Below are positions 1 through 8,164 of a stretch of 35,356 nucleotides of DNA, in pieces (within the stretch, counting starts at the first letter, position 1; every line of letters starts with the position of its first letter). The translations under genes were made by a program, and so were the position numbers. The notes beneath the pieces were generated by a model that saw only the letters and a program-made list of their open reading frames with translations, was not told the DNA's origin and did not search any database. The stretch is from assembly GCA_964537885.1 (NCBI GenBank), contig CAZIDC010000001.1:1-35356 (forward strand), read 5' to 3'. The stretch comes from an uncultured Syntrophaceae bacterium. Lineage in GTDB: Bacteria > Desulfobacterota > SM23-61.

Positions 1-901
1 CCCGGTCTAAAGCTTCATCCCAGGAAGCCGGCCGAAATTTTTCTCCTTCTTTGACTAAAGGCTCGGTCAGCCGGTCCGGGCTGTGGATATAATCAAACCC
101 GAACCTCCCCTTTACGCACGTCCAGCCTTTATTAATTCCCTGATCCTTGTCCGAAGTGGCTTTGAGGACCCGGTTGTCCTTAACATTCAGGACCAGCGTG
201 CATCCAACCCCGCAATAAGAACAGATGGTCGGAACTTTTTTCAATTCCCAATCCCTTCCCTCAAAGCGCCCCGCTTTCGGGCTCAAAGCGCCTACCGGAC
301 AGACGCTGACGCAGTTGCCGCAAAACACGCAGGGGGTTTCCGCCAGGGAGTGGTCGAAGGAAGCCGCGATCTTGGTGCCGAATCCCCGCTTGGAGTAGTC
401 CACGGCCTCGCAGTATTGGACTTCGTGGCAGACGGTAACGCACCGGCCGCAAAGGATGCACTTGTTGTAATCCCTCTCGAAGAATGGATTGGAAAAACGC
501 AGGGGATAGTGGTGCGTTTCTCCCTGAAAACGGGATTGGCGGATGCCGAATTCGTAGGCGTATTTTTCCAGCAGGCAGGTCCCGCTCTTTTCGCAGGTCA
601 TGCAGTCGTACGGATGATCGGAAAGCAAAAACTCGATCACTAACTTCCGGGCATCCTGTACCCGTTGGGTGTTCGTCCGCACGACCATCCTGTTGGCCAC
701 TGGGTAGGCACAGGAAGCGACCAGCGTCCTGGCTCCTTCGACTTCCACCACGCACAATCGGCAGGCCGTGGTGGGCGTAAGACCTTCCCAGTAGCAAAGA
801 TGGGGGATATGGATTCCCGCTTTTTGCGCGGCTTTAAAGAGGGTTGTGCCCTCTTCGGCCCTAATCTCCCGCCCGTCAATGGTCAATCGTATTTCATCCA
901 T
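1..901 (-). CDS. fdhA: Formate dehydrogenase alpha (catalytic) subunit, 5' part only. It has NuoG-like 2Fe-2S and 4Fe-4S domains followed by the start of the molybdopterin domain. The C-terminus lies beyond the window start.
   Basis: The ORF is absent from the supplied track because it is open at the window edge. My reverse translation from ATG 901-899 reads MDEIRLTIDGREIRAEEGTTLFKAAQKAGIHIPHLCYWEGLTPTTACRLCVVEVEG ... CILCGRCVTVC ... CVFCGNCVSVCPVGAL ... PTICSYCGVGCTLVLNVKDNRVLKATSDKDQGINKGWTCVKGRFGFDYIHSPDRL, with no stop down to position 1. The CxxCxxxC plus KGxxCxKG pattern is typical of molybdopterin formate dehydrogenases. A GAGGG Shine-Dalgarno lies upstream. Confidence 0.85.
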   Translation of the reverse strand, partial: MDEIRLTIDGREIRAEEGTTLFKAAQKAGIHIPHLCYWEGLTPTTACRLCVVEVEGARTLVASCAYPVANRMVVRTNTQRVQDARKLVIEFLLSDHPYDCMTCEKSGTCLLEKYAYEFGIRQSRFQGETHHYPLRFSNPFFERDYNKCILCGRCVTVCHEVQYCEAVDYSKRGFGTKIAASFDHSLAETPCVFCGNCVSVCPVGALSPKAGRFEGRDWELKKVPTICSYCGVGCTLVLNVKDNRVLKATSDKDQGINKGWTCVKGRFGFDYIHSPDRLTEPLVKEGEKFRPASWDEALDR

Positions 902-920
902 TTTTCCCTCTCATCTAACT

Positions 921-1049
921 TTCACCGCAGAGCACGCGGAGAACGCAGAGTTGAAAATGAAAAATTAAAACCCATGCGCTTGACGCTAACCGGTTATAGC
1001 CAATCTATCTATGTCCTTTCCCTGCGCCCTCAGCGCTCTCCGCGGTGAA
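921..1049. repeat. Inverted heptad-array element, family B (core CGCAGAG, termini TTCACCGC / GCGGTGAA)
   Basis: Left arm 921-950 is ttcaccgcagagcacgcggagaacgcagag. Right arm 1021-1049 is cctgcgccctcagcgctctccgcggtgaa. The centre is AT-rich. The element lies between the NuoF::GltD stop (1059) and the fdhA start (901). Confidence 0.85.
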
Positions 1050-1058
1050 ATAATGTTT

Positions 1059-4000
1059 TTAACGTTCCAAGTCGCACCGCAAACAGCGCTTCGCTTCGCG
1101 GACCGCCGTCTCTTCATCGAACCCCAGATTCACTTCTTCAAAAGTGCAGACCCGGCGGTCGACCGCCATCGCGGTCATTCTGGCCCGCGGTTTTACCGCC
1201 TCAGCTTCGGCTCCCTCTTCCCCGGTTTTGGGCACACTGGCCCGCAGCAGGGCTTGGTAAACCCGGTCTTGATAGAGGTCTTTCCCCCGCAAGTACCGAT
1301 CGATGGAAAGGGCCGCGCGATACCCGCTGGCCATGGCCTCCACGATCGTCGAGGGGCCGGTGACCACGTCACCGCCGGCAAAGACGCCGGGAATATGCAC
1401 AGCCAGGGTTTGCGGGTCCACCGCGAGGGTCGAGGCCTTGGTCGTCTTGAAGCCATCGTTCTGGGGAAGGCAGGACAAATCAGGGACATAACCGATGGCT
1501 GGGATAACCCCGTCCACCTCCATAAAAAATTCCGAGCCTTTAACCGGGACCGGGCGGCGTCTTCCGCTGGTATCGTAGGCTCCAAGTTCCATGCGCTGGC
1601 ATTCCAGGCCTTTGACCCTGCCGTTCTCCGTGATCACCCGGGTAGGAGCCATGAGGTAAAGAATCCTGATCTTCTCATGCTCGGCCTCCTCGATCTCTTC
1701 ATCATTAGCCGGCATCTCCTCCCGCGTTCGGCGGTAAATGATCGAAACCTCCTGCGCGCCCAAGCGCAGAGCCGTGCGGGCGGCGTCGATCGCCACGTTC
1801 CCCCCGCCGATGACCGCCACTTTCTTGCCCGCTTCCATTTTTTCGCCCAAATTTACCCGGCGCAAAAAATCGACTCCTGGCAAGACTCCCTGAGCATCTT
1901 CCCCGGGAATATTCATCTTCTGATTCAAATGGGCACCCATGGCTAAGAACACCGCCTTGTATCCCTGCCGGAAAAGGTCATCGATCGTAAAGTCCCGGCC
2001 AAGGGCTTTCCCGGTATTGATTTCCACGTTATGCTGGCAGATGAAGCGGATGTCATTCTCCAAAATCTCCCGGGGCAGCCGGTAATCCGGGATACCCACG
2101 GCGAGCATACCTCCGGCCACCGGCAGGGCTTCGAATATCGTAACCGGGTATCCCCGCCGCCCTAAATGATAAGCCGCATTCAATCCCGCCGGCCCGGCCC
2201 CCACCACAGCCACCCTTTCTGCTTTGGGCTTTTCCAGCAAAGTGGGAGGGGCCATTTTGCCCTGTTTACGTTCCCAATCAGCGGCAAATCTTTTCAGCGA
2301 CGAAATAGCGATGGGCTCATCGATCTCTCCCCGCTTGCACATGCCCTCGCAGGGGTGATTGCACACCCTCCCGCAAATTCCGGCCAAAGGCATGGTTAGC
2401 CGGATGAGGCTCAGAGCCTCCTCGTACCTCTCTTCGGAAATCAGGGCCGTGTAACCCACGGCATCGCAGCGCACCGGGCAGGTGTTTTCACAAGGGGCAA
2501 AGACCAGGGCTTCACAGGAGCCGGCCGGACAGTATTTATCCCGGATATGGGCTTCATACTCATTCCGGAAATGGTGAATGGTCGAGAGCACGGGGTTGGG
2601 ACAGGTCTGCCCCAGGCCACAAAGGGCGGAATCTTTTATAATTTGCCCGATTTCCAGGAGGAGTTCGATGTCTCCCTCCCGGCCTTGCCCTTTGGTTATG
2701 CGCGTCAGAATCTCCAGCATGCGTTTCGTGCCAATGCGGCAGGGAACGCATTTACCGCAGGATTCGTCCTGGGTGAAGTTCAGGAAGAAACGGGCAATAT
2801 CCACCATGCAGGTTTTTTCATCCATGACGATCATGCCGCCCGATCCCATCATCGAGCCAGCCTGGGTCAGGGATTCGTAGTCAATCGGCAGGTCCAGATA
2901 TTGAGAAGGCAGACATCCCCCTGAAGGTCCTCCCATCTGAGCTGCCTTGAAGCCACGGCCCCGGGGAATACCTCCGCCGATTTGATAGATGACCTCCCGC
3001 AGGGTTGTCCCCATGGGTACTTCCACCAGACCCGTGTTGTTGATCTTTCCAGTCAGGGAGAAAATCTTCGTGCCCTTGCTCCCCGCAGTTCCAATGGCCG
3101 CATAGGCCGCCGAACCTCCCAGGATGATGGAGCGGATGTTGGCATAAGTCTCCACGTTATTGATATTCGTGGGCTTACCCCAAAGACCTGCGACCGCTGG
3201 AAACGGCGGGCGCGCCCGGGGCATCCCCCTCTTGCCCTCGATGGAGGCCAAAAGAGCCGTCTCTTCTCCGCAAACGAAGGCCCCCGCTCCTTCTTTGATC
3301 TTGGCGTGGAAGCTGAATTCGGAGCCCAGAATGTTCTCCCCGATGAGGCCCAGCTTTTCGGCCTGATCGATGGCCATCTTTAGGTGCTGAACGGCCAAGG
3401 GGTATTCGGCCCGGACATATAAATAGCCGCTCTGAGAGCCGATGGCGTAAGCCGCGATGAGCATCCCCTCCAGGACCAGATGGGGATTTCCCTCCAGCAC
3501 GCTCCGGTCCATGAAAGCCCCGGGATCCCCTTCGTCAGCGTTGCAGACGATATACTTCACGTCCCCGGCCGAACCTCGGGTGAAGCGCCATTTCCTCCCA
3601 GTGGGGAACCCGGCCCCCCCTCTTCCGCGCAGCCCAGATTTTTCCACTTCGTCGATAACCTGTTCCGGCGTCATGGAGAAAAGGGCTTTGCTCAAGGCCG
3701 AATAACCCCCCCGGGCAAGGTAATCCCTGATCTCCGTCGGATCGATGCGGCCATTATCGCTGAAGACCGAGCGCATCTGGCCCTTATAAAAGGGGACATC
3801 ATGATCATAGACGACCACTTGACCGGTGGCGGGATCCGTGTAAAGCAGTCTCTGCACCAGCCGCCCACCAATGATGGTTTCCGAAACAACCTCCGCTATA
3901 TCTCCTAAGGCTACCTGTTGATAGAAAATTTCCTTGGGCTGGATGACGACCACGGGCCCCCGCTCGCAGAATCCGTGGCAACCCGTGCGCATTACATCCA

Positions 4001-4205
4001 CATTCCCCTCGAGGCCTTGCTTCCGAATTTCCTCGATAAAGGCCAAGCGAACCTCTTCGCCCCCCCAAGCCCGGCACCCCGTCCCGCCGCATATGGTCAC
4101 ACAGGTTTTATCAGGATCCCGCCCCTCAAGTATGGTTTCCCGGAGCGCGGTCAAGTCCTGCGCGGACTTCAGCTTCCCTTTCAACTTTTCTCCCCCTTCA
4201 GGCAT
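1059..4205 (-). CDS. Fusion protein. The N-terminus has a thioredoxin-like 2Fe-2S domain plus a NuoF/HndC-like NADH-FMN-4Fe4S module. The C-terminus has a GltD/NfnB-like NAD(P)H:FAD oxidoreductase module.
   Basis: 1048-aa ORF. The NuoF half carries CGGTGCRAWG, GRGGAGFPTGRKW and ESCGKCVPCRIG. The GltD-like half carries GICGRVCNHPCEGMC, VAVVGAGPAGLNAAYHL and VAVIGGGNVAIDAART. Its ATG at 4205 overlaps the upstream nuoE-like stop by 8 nt. Confidence 0.9.
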   Translation of the reverse strand: MPEGGEKLKGKLKSAQDLTALRETILEGRDPDKTCVTICGGTGCRAWGGEEVRLAFIEEIRKQGLEGNVDVMRTGCHGFCERGPVVVIQPKEIFYQQVALGDIAEVVSETIIGGRLVQRLLYTDPATGQVVVYDHDVPFYKGQMRSVFSDNGRIDPTEIRDYLARGGYSALSKALFSMTPEQVIDEVEKSGLRGRGGAGFPTGRKWRFTRGSAGDVKYIVCNADEGDPGAFMDRSVLEGNPHLVLEGMLIAAYAIGSQSGYLYVRAEYPLAVQHLKMAIDQAEKLGLIGENILGSEFSFHAKIKEGAGAFVCGEETALLASIEGKRGMPRARPPFPAVAGLWGKPTNINNVETYANIRSIILGGSAAYAAIGTAGSKGTKIFSLTGKINNTGLVEVPMGTTLREVIYQIGGGIPRGRGFKAAQMGGPSGGCLPSQYLDLPIDYESLTQAGSMMGSGGMIVMDEKTCMVDIARFFLNFTQDESCGKCVPCRIGTKRMLEILTRITKGQGREGDIELLLEIGQIIKDSALCGLGQTCPNPVLSTIHHFRNEYEAHIRDKYCPAGSCEALVFAPCENTCPVRCDAVGYTALISEERYEEALSLIRLTMPLAGICGRVCNHPCEGMCKRGEIDEPIAISSLKRFAADWERKQGKMAPPTLLEKPKAERVAVVGAGPAGLNAAYHLGRRGYPVTIFEALPVAGGMLAVGIPDYRLPREILENDIRFICQHNVEINTGKALGRDFTIDDLFRQGYKAVFLAMGAHLNQKMNIPGEDAQGVLPGVDFLRRVNLGEKMEAGKKVAVIGGGNVAIDAARTALRLGAQEVSIIYRRTREEMPANDEEIEEAEHEKIRILYLMAPTRVITENGRVKGLECQRMELGAYDTSGRRRPVPVKGSEFFMEVDGVIPAIGYVPDLSCLPQNDGFKTTKASTLAVDPQTLAVHIPGVFAGGDVVTGPSTIVEAMASGYRAALSIDRYLRGKDLYQDRVYQALLRASVPKTGEEGAEAEAVKPRARMTAMAVDRRVCTFEEVNLGFDEETAVREAKRCLRCDLER

Positions 4206-4662
4206 ATTGCCTTAATACTTTTTCCACTTTGGCCGGTGTCAATTTTCCATAATAATTTTTATCGACCAGAAGCACCGGGGACAGGGCGCAAGCCCCAAGA
4301 CAAGCCACGGTTTCAAACGTGAATTTGAAATCCGGGGTGGTCTCGTTTTCTTCTAGGCCCAGGAACTGCTGGGTCGCTTTCAAAATATTCTTCCCGCCCC
4401 GCACGTGGCAGGCCGTTCCCCGGCAGACCCGTACCGTATGCCGGCCCCGGGGAGTTAGGTAAAACTGGGCATAAAAGGTTATCACTCCATAAACCCGGCT
4501 TGTGGGAATTTTTAACCGTTTGCCGATATGTTTTAGAACCTCCTCTGGCAGATACCCGTAAATTCCCTGGGTTTCCTGGAGGATGGGGATGAGCGCGCCA
4601 TCCTGTCCCCGATAATGCTCCAAAACGGGCTCTAACTTTGCAAGATCCACTGGTTCCGGCAT
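4198..4662 (-). CDS. NuoE/HndA-like 2Fe-2S ferredoxin subunit (24-kDa-type)
   Basis: 154 aa. Cys pattern CRGTACHVRGG ... ETVACLGACALSP. AAGGAGG Shine-Dalgarno upstream of the ATG at 4662. Confidence 0.9.
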   Translation of the reverse strand: MPEPVDLAKLEPVLEHYRGQDGALIPILQETQGIYGYLPEEVLKHIGKRLKIPTSRVYGVITFYAQFYLTPRGRHTVRVCRGTACHVRGGKNILKATQQFLGLEENETTPDFKFTFETVACLGACALSPVLLVDKNYYGKLTPAKVEKVLRQYA

Positions 4663-4680
4663 CTTTCCTCCTTAAGAACA

Positions 4681-4768
4681 GCAATCAGCTGTCAGCGGTC
4701 AGCTTTCAGCAAAAAAATAATATGCCCATAGATTTTTTGGCGATCGCTGAATGCTGATTGCTGATCGC
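4681..4768. repeat. Inverted heptad-array element, family A (core TCAGC / GCTGA)
   Basis: Left arm is gcaaTCAGCtgTCAGCggTCAGCttTCAGC followed by an A7 run. Right arm follows a T6 run and reads gGCGATCGCTGAatGCTGAttGCTGAtcgc. It is followed by T7, which abuts the acsE stop. Confidence 0.9.
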
Positions 4769-4774
4769 TTTTTT

Positions 4775-5587
4775 TCATCCTCGGTTCCCTGTCTTCGGTT
4801 TCAACTTTTTTTCTGCTTCCTTAAGGAAATGATCCGAGTAGGGGTGGCGTTCGAGGATGACTTCCGCGGCGGCGGCGGCCTCCAGCAGACAGGGGTCGAG
4901 AATATCGGCGATAACCGTGTCGAGACCGCAGGCCATGGCCATGGTCAGGAAGGTCTGGTTGATCAACCTTCTTTGCTTCGCCCCTTGCGAACAGTTGCTC
5001 AGCCCCACGACAATATGAGGAGGATTTCTTTCCTCGGCAATTACCTGGATGGCCTCGAGGACGATCGGTCCCTCGGTCTGGGAAAATTTTAAGGGGAGGA
5101 GAACGGGATCGATAAACAGCCGGTCCCGGGAAACTCCGTATTCGTCGGCTGTGTCCATGATCCGTTTGGCGATGGCCTGGCGCCCCACGGCATGCGATGG
5201 AATCCCCTGTTCATCCATGGTCAGGCCAACAATAGAGGCTCTATACTTGACAGCCAGTTCCATGAATTTGGCTAATTTTTCTTTATCCCCCGTAGTGGAA
5301 TTGATCATGGATGGATTCTGACATACCTTCAGCCCGGCCTCGATCACATCCAGCCGCCGGCTGTCTACGGCGATGGGCGTGCTGACGATTTCCTGAACGG
5401 TCTGCACTAACCAGACCATGATCTCGGCTGGCTTTAACCAAGCGGTCCCCACATTGAGATCGATGTAAGAAGCTCCGGCATCCGCTTGTCTCCGGGCTAT
5501 ATTCTGGACCGCTTCCTTGTCCTTATCAGCGATGAATTTGCGAACCCCGGGCTGGAGGCCGTTGATTTTTTCCCCGATGAAGATCAT
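4775..5587 (-). CDS. acsE: Methyltetrahydrofolate:corrinoid/iron-sulfur protein methyltransferase (canonical MeTr)
   Basis: Pterin-binding (DHPS-like) barrel. MIFIGEKING ... YIDLNVG ... MINST ... VVGLSNCSQG ... LINQTFLTMAMACGLDTVIAD closely recalls Moorella MeTr as I remember it. The ORF track starts at 5602, where the ATG forms an ATGA overlap with the cooC stop. The homology-like start MIFIGEK is the ATG at 5587. The choice between them is unresolved. Confidence 0.88.
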   Translation of the reverse strand: MIFIGEKINGLQPGVRKFIADKDKEAVQNIARRQADAGASYIDLNVGTAWLKPAEIMVWLVQTVQEIVSTPIAVDSRRLDVIEAGLKVCQNPSMINSTTGDKEKLAKFMELAVKYRASIVGLTMDEQGIPSHAVGRQAIAKRIMDTADEYGVSRDRLFIDPVLLPLKFSQTEGPIVLEAIQVIAEERNPPHIVVGLSNCSQGAKQRRLINQTFLTMAMACGLDTVIADILDPCLLEAAAAAEVILERHPYSDHFLKEAEKKLKPKTGNRG

Positions 5588-5598
5588 GCCTTCAGCCC

Positions 5599-6360
5599 TC
5601 ATTCCCCGATTGCATCTACAATTTTTTCTATGGCTTTTAAAAAATCCGGATTCTCGCCGTAGGGAGGTTTTCCCTCCAGGTCGGCTTCAACTACCCTGAG
5701 ATCATAAGGGAGAAATCCTAAAAATGGGAACCCCGTCATTCTTGATAGAAGGAACTGGCGGTCGGACTCCCCGCGGATTTTGTTTCCCACCAGGCCAATA
5801 TTATGCAGCCCAATGTCTCCCGCCAACTGGCGGATCTTTTGGGCAACCTCCAGACTCCTCTGGCCGGGTTCGACCACTACAATGAGTTTATCTACGGCTT
5901 TGGCCGTTGCCCGTCCCAGATGTTCAACCCCGGCCTCCATGTCGAGAATGACCACTTCCCCCCGGCCTAAAAGAAGATGCGCAACCAGGGTTTTGACCAT
6001 TACGTTTTCCGGGCAAACGCACCCCCCTCCACCTTTCTGGACCGTACCCATGACCATCAGGCGAATTCCATCCTTTTCAAGGGTGTATTTCTCCGGCAGG
6101 TCATCAACCCTCGGATTAATCTTGAAAAAACCCCCCATCGAACCTGATTTGGCTTCCGTACGCTCCTCAATCAGCTCCTTCATCTCGGATATGGGCGTCA
6201 GTCGTTGATCTTTGGGAAAACCGAGGGCTAAAGCAAGGTTGCTCGCCGGATCCGCATCAATGGCCAGTACTTTCTGCCCTCGCAAAGCCAGCACACGGGC
6301 CAGCCCTGCCACAATCGTGGTCTTCCCCACCCCGCCTTTGCCAGTAACTGCCAGTTTCAT
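5599..6360 (-). CDS. cooC: CooC/AcsF-type nickel-insertion ATPase (copy 1)
   Basis: 253 aa. Deviant Walker A GKGGVGKTT, CxC nickel motif GGGGCVCPEN, GGAGA Shine-Dalgarno. Confidence 0.9.
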   Translation of the reverse strand: MKLAVTGKGGVGKTTIVAGLARVLALRGQKVLAIDADPASNLALALGFPKDQRLTPISEMKELIEERTEAKSGSMGGFFKINPRVDDLPEKYTLEKDGIRLMVMGTVQKGGGGCVCPENVMVKTLVAHLLLGRGEVVILDMEAGVEHLGRATAKAVDKLIVVVEPGQRSLEVAQKIRQLAGDIGLHNIGLVGNKIRGESDRQFLLSRMTGFPFLGFLPYDLRVVEADLEGKPPYGENPDFLKAIEKIVDAIGE

Positions 6361-6376
6361 GAATTCTCCAGGCTTT

Positions 6377-6435
6377 GGGCGATAGGCAATGGGCGATAAA
6401 TTCTCCCTTTTCCCTATTGCCTCTGGCCTATCGCC
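6377..6435. repeat. Inverted heptad-array element, family F (core GGCGATA / GGCAATn)
   Basis: Left arm is gGGCGATAGGCAATGGGCGATA. Right arm is ccctattgcctctggcctatcgcc, whose reverse complement is GGCGATAGGCCAGAGGCAATAGGG. The right arm covers the DUF3786 stop codon. Confidence 0.8.
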
Positions 6436-7054
6436 TGTTTTTTATTAATTTCCACACCACCGTCTCCGCCAGGATGACGATGTCTTCCACCGGCAAATAT
6501 TCGCTTACCGAAGCGTCAAAGAGAAAGTTGCCATCGGCCGGGAACTCTTCATCTCCCCTCCATAAAATCAGGCCAAGGGGGACAAAAGGAAACGCCGGGA
6601 CTTTGATCCCGACATCTCCGAAACCGAGAGGTTCTCCCCCCAATTCTTCAGCCGCAGACTTCAAGGCATCCGGATTTCCCCCAAAAAAATTTACCAAAGG
6701 CCCTTGGCAGCGTTTCAGGAAAACGGGATGATAAAAAGCCCCCCCGGGAACTTCGGCGAAAGATACCCATTGCCCAGCCGCAGGGGCTCCGGCGGCCTTT
6801 GTCAAATAATGAAGAACCAGAATTTCTTCCCGGAGAGGAATCGGCCCCTGCCCGTTCTCGGGAGCAATCGATCCGCTGGGGAAGGAAATTAAAATTTCAT
6901 GCCCTAAATACTTCAGCGCAACTCGGGATTCCCCGCCGGGCCCCGGCTCATACCTTCCTCCTCCGCGGGCAGCCCGGTCCCGTAAGTCCGCTTTCGCGAG
7001 ACCCTCCACCGCCATCTGCCGGGCCAACTGGTAATTTTCCTGTTTCGGCAACAT
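6428..7054 (-). CDS. Conserved hypothetical protein, probably the DUF3786 family that accompanies acs clusters
   Basis: 208-aa ORF with protein-like composition, co-directional inside the acs block. The family assignment is from memory of DUF3786 proteins, not from a search. There is no obvious Shine-Dalgarno before ATG 7054. Its last two codons and stop lie inside a repeat arm. Confidence 0.6.
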   Translation of the reverse strand: MLPKQENYQLARQMAVEGLAKADLRDRAARGGGRYEPGPGGESRVALKYLGHEILISFPSGSIAPENGQGPIPLREEILVLHYLTKAAGAPAAGQWVSFAEVPGGAFYHPVFLKRCQGPLVNFFGGNPDALKSAAEELGGEPLGFGDVGIKVPAFPFVPLGLILWRGDEEFPADGNFLFDASVSEYLPVEDIVILAETVVWKLIKNRR

Positions 7055-7058
7055 AAAA

Positions 7059-7164
7059 AGCTATCAGCTTTCAGCCGTCAGCTTTTAGCTAAAACAAAAG
7101 CAAACTATAAGTCTTAATTGCTTTGGTCTCTGCTGATTGCTAATCGCTGACCGCTGATGGCTAT
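7059..7164. repeat. Inverted heptad-array element, family A
   Basis: Left arm is agctaTCAGCttTCAGCcgTCAGCttttagc. Right arm is tGCTGAttGCTAAtcGCTGAccGCTGAtggct. The element ends 3 nt before the TAA stop of the 7167-8048 gene. Confidence 0.9.
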
Positions 7165-7166
7165 CT

Positions 7167-8048
7167 TTACAGTTCCAACCACGAATGGGAATACAGGCTT
7201 TTGCCCAGAAGAACCTTGGTGGTTTTGAAATACTCGATTTCCTTGGGGGTCAGAGTTTTTACATCCGGCTCTTCTCCGTCCATCATCCGGTGGACCAGGC
7301 TGACGATGGCGGACATTCCTCCTTTGGCAAGCATTAGCAATTCCTCATCGTAAGCATCGACGATCGCGGAGTATAGGCCATACTTCATCAGCATTATCAA
7401 ATAGGCTCGGTTTAAAACCGGGCGCAGGTTGGCCGGGGCGCCGTTGGAGATGTTGGACAACCCCACGATGGATTTGGCTTCGGGAGCAATGTCCTTGAGC
7501 ATGGACATGAACTCCAGGCAGGAGAGGACCTGATTGATTTCCACGCTAACCGGGCTGACGATGGGATCGATCCAGATATCCTCGGTGGGGATCCCTAAGT
7601 TATTGGCCTGATAGATGAAATCCACGGCAAGGGACGCTCTCTCGTTGGCGTCCCGCGGCATCCCCTCTTTTCCCCAGAGGAGGCCGATGACGTGGGCATT
7701 ATAATTTTTGGCCATGGGCAACACTTTTTCCAGACGTTCGGGCTGGAGGGATACGGAATTGATCAAAGCCTTCCCTTTATGGACCTTCAGGCCAGCCTCC
7801 ATGGCCGCGGGATTAGTAGTATCCAGGGAAAGGGGTTTGCTCACGACTCCCTGGACCTCCTTCACCAACCAATCCATTACTTCTTCGCCGGCCTTGCGGG
7901 ATGGGCCGATGTTCAGGTCTAAGTAGTCGATGCCCACCTTTTCCTCGTGCTTGGCCATCTCGACGATGGGCTCGGCCCGCCGCTCTTTCATGGCTGGCCC
8001 GATCGTCTTGGACATGATGTTGATGTTCTCACCGACGCAAACAACCAT
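7167..8048 (-). CDS. Divergent pterin-binding methyltransferase paralog (AcsE/MtrH-like)
   Basis: 293 aa. VGENINIMSK ... DYLDLNIGP ... LINSVS ... IVGLSNISNGAP matches the pterin-binding barrel but is clearly diverged from the 4775-5587 copy, and it has an extra C-terminal tail. AAGGAGG Shine-Dalgarno. Confidence 0.8.
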   Translation of the reverse strand: MVVCVGENINIMSKTIGPAMKERRAEPIVEMAKHEEKVGIDYLDLNIGPSRKAGEEVMDWLVKEVQGVVSKPLSLDTTNPAAMEAGLKVHKGKALINSVSLQPERLEKVLPMAKNYNAHVIGLLWGKEGMPRDANERASLAVDFIYQANNLGIPTEDIWIDPIVSPVSVEINQVLSCLEFMSMLKDIAPEAKSIVGLSNISNGAPANLRPVLNRAYLIMLMKYGLYSAIVDAYDEELLMLAKGGMSAIVSLVHRMMDGEEPDVKTLTPKEIEYFKTTKVLLGKSLYSHSWLEL

Positions 8049-8064
8049 CTCTTTCCTCCTTTAA

Positions 8065-8160
8065 AAGCAGCATACAGCAACCAGCGATCGGCAATCAGCC
8101 CAAATAAGAAAGATTATTTAATTGCTTAAGCTGAAAGCTGATTGCTGAAAGCTGACCGCT
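8065..8160. repeat. Inverted heptad-array element, family A (left arm more degenerate, CAGC core)
   Basis: Left arm is aagcagcatacagcaaccagcgatcggcaatcagcc. Right arm is ttgcttaaGCTGAaaGCTGAttGCTGAaaGCTGAccgct. Confidence 0.85.
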
Positions 8161-8164
8161 ATTT

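Noticed and set aside
921-1049. A strand bias in G-U-compatible mismatches that would prove folding in the minus-strand mRNA.
   Set aside because: In the 921-1049 element, four of six arm mismatches would be U-G in the minus-strand RNA. The 19519-19617 and 27065-27180 elements show no consistent bias by hand count. This is insufficient evidence without a proper computation.
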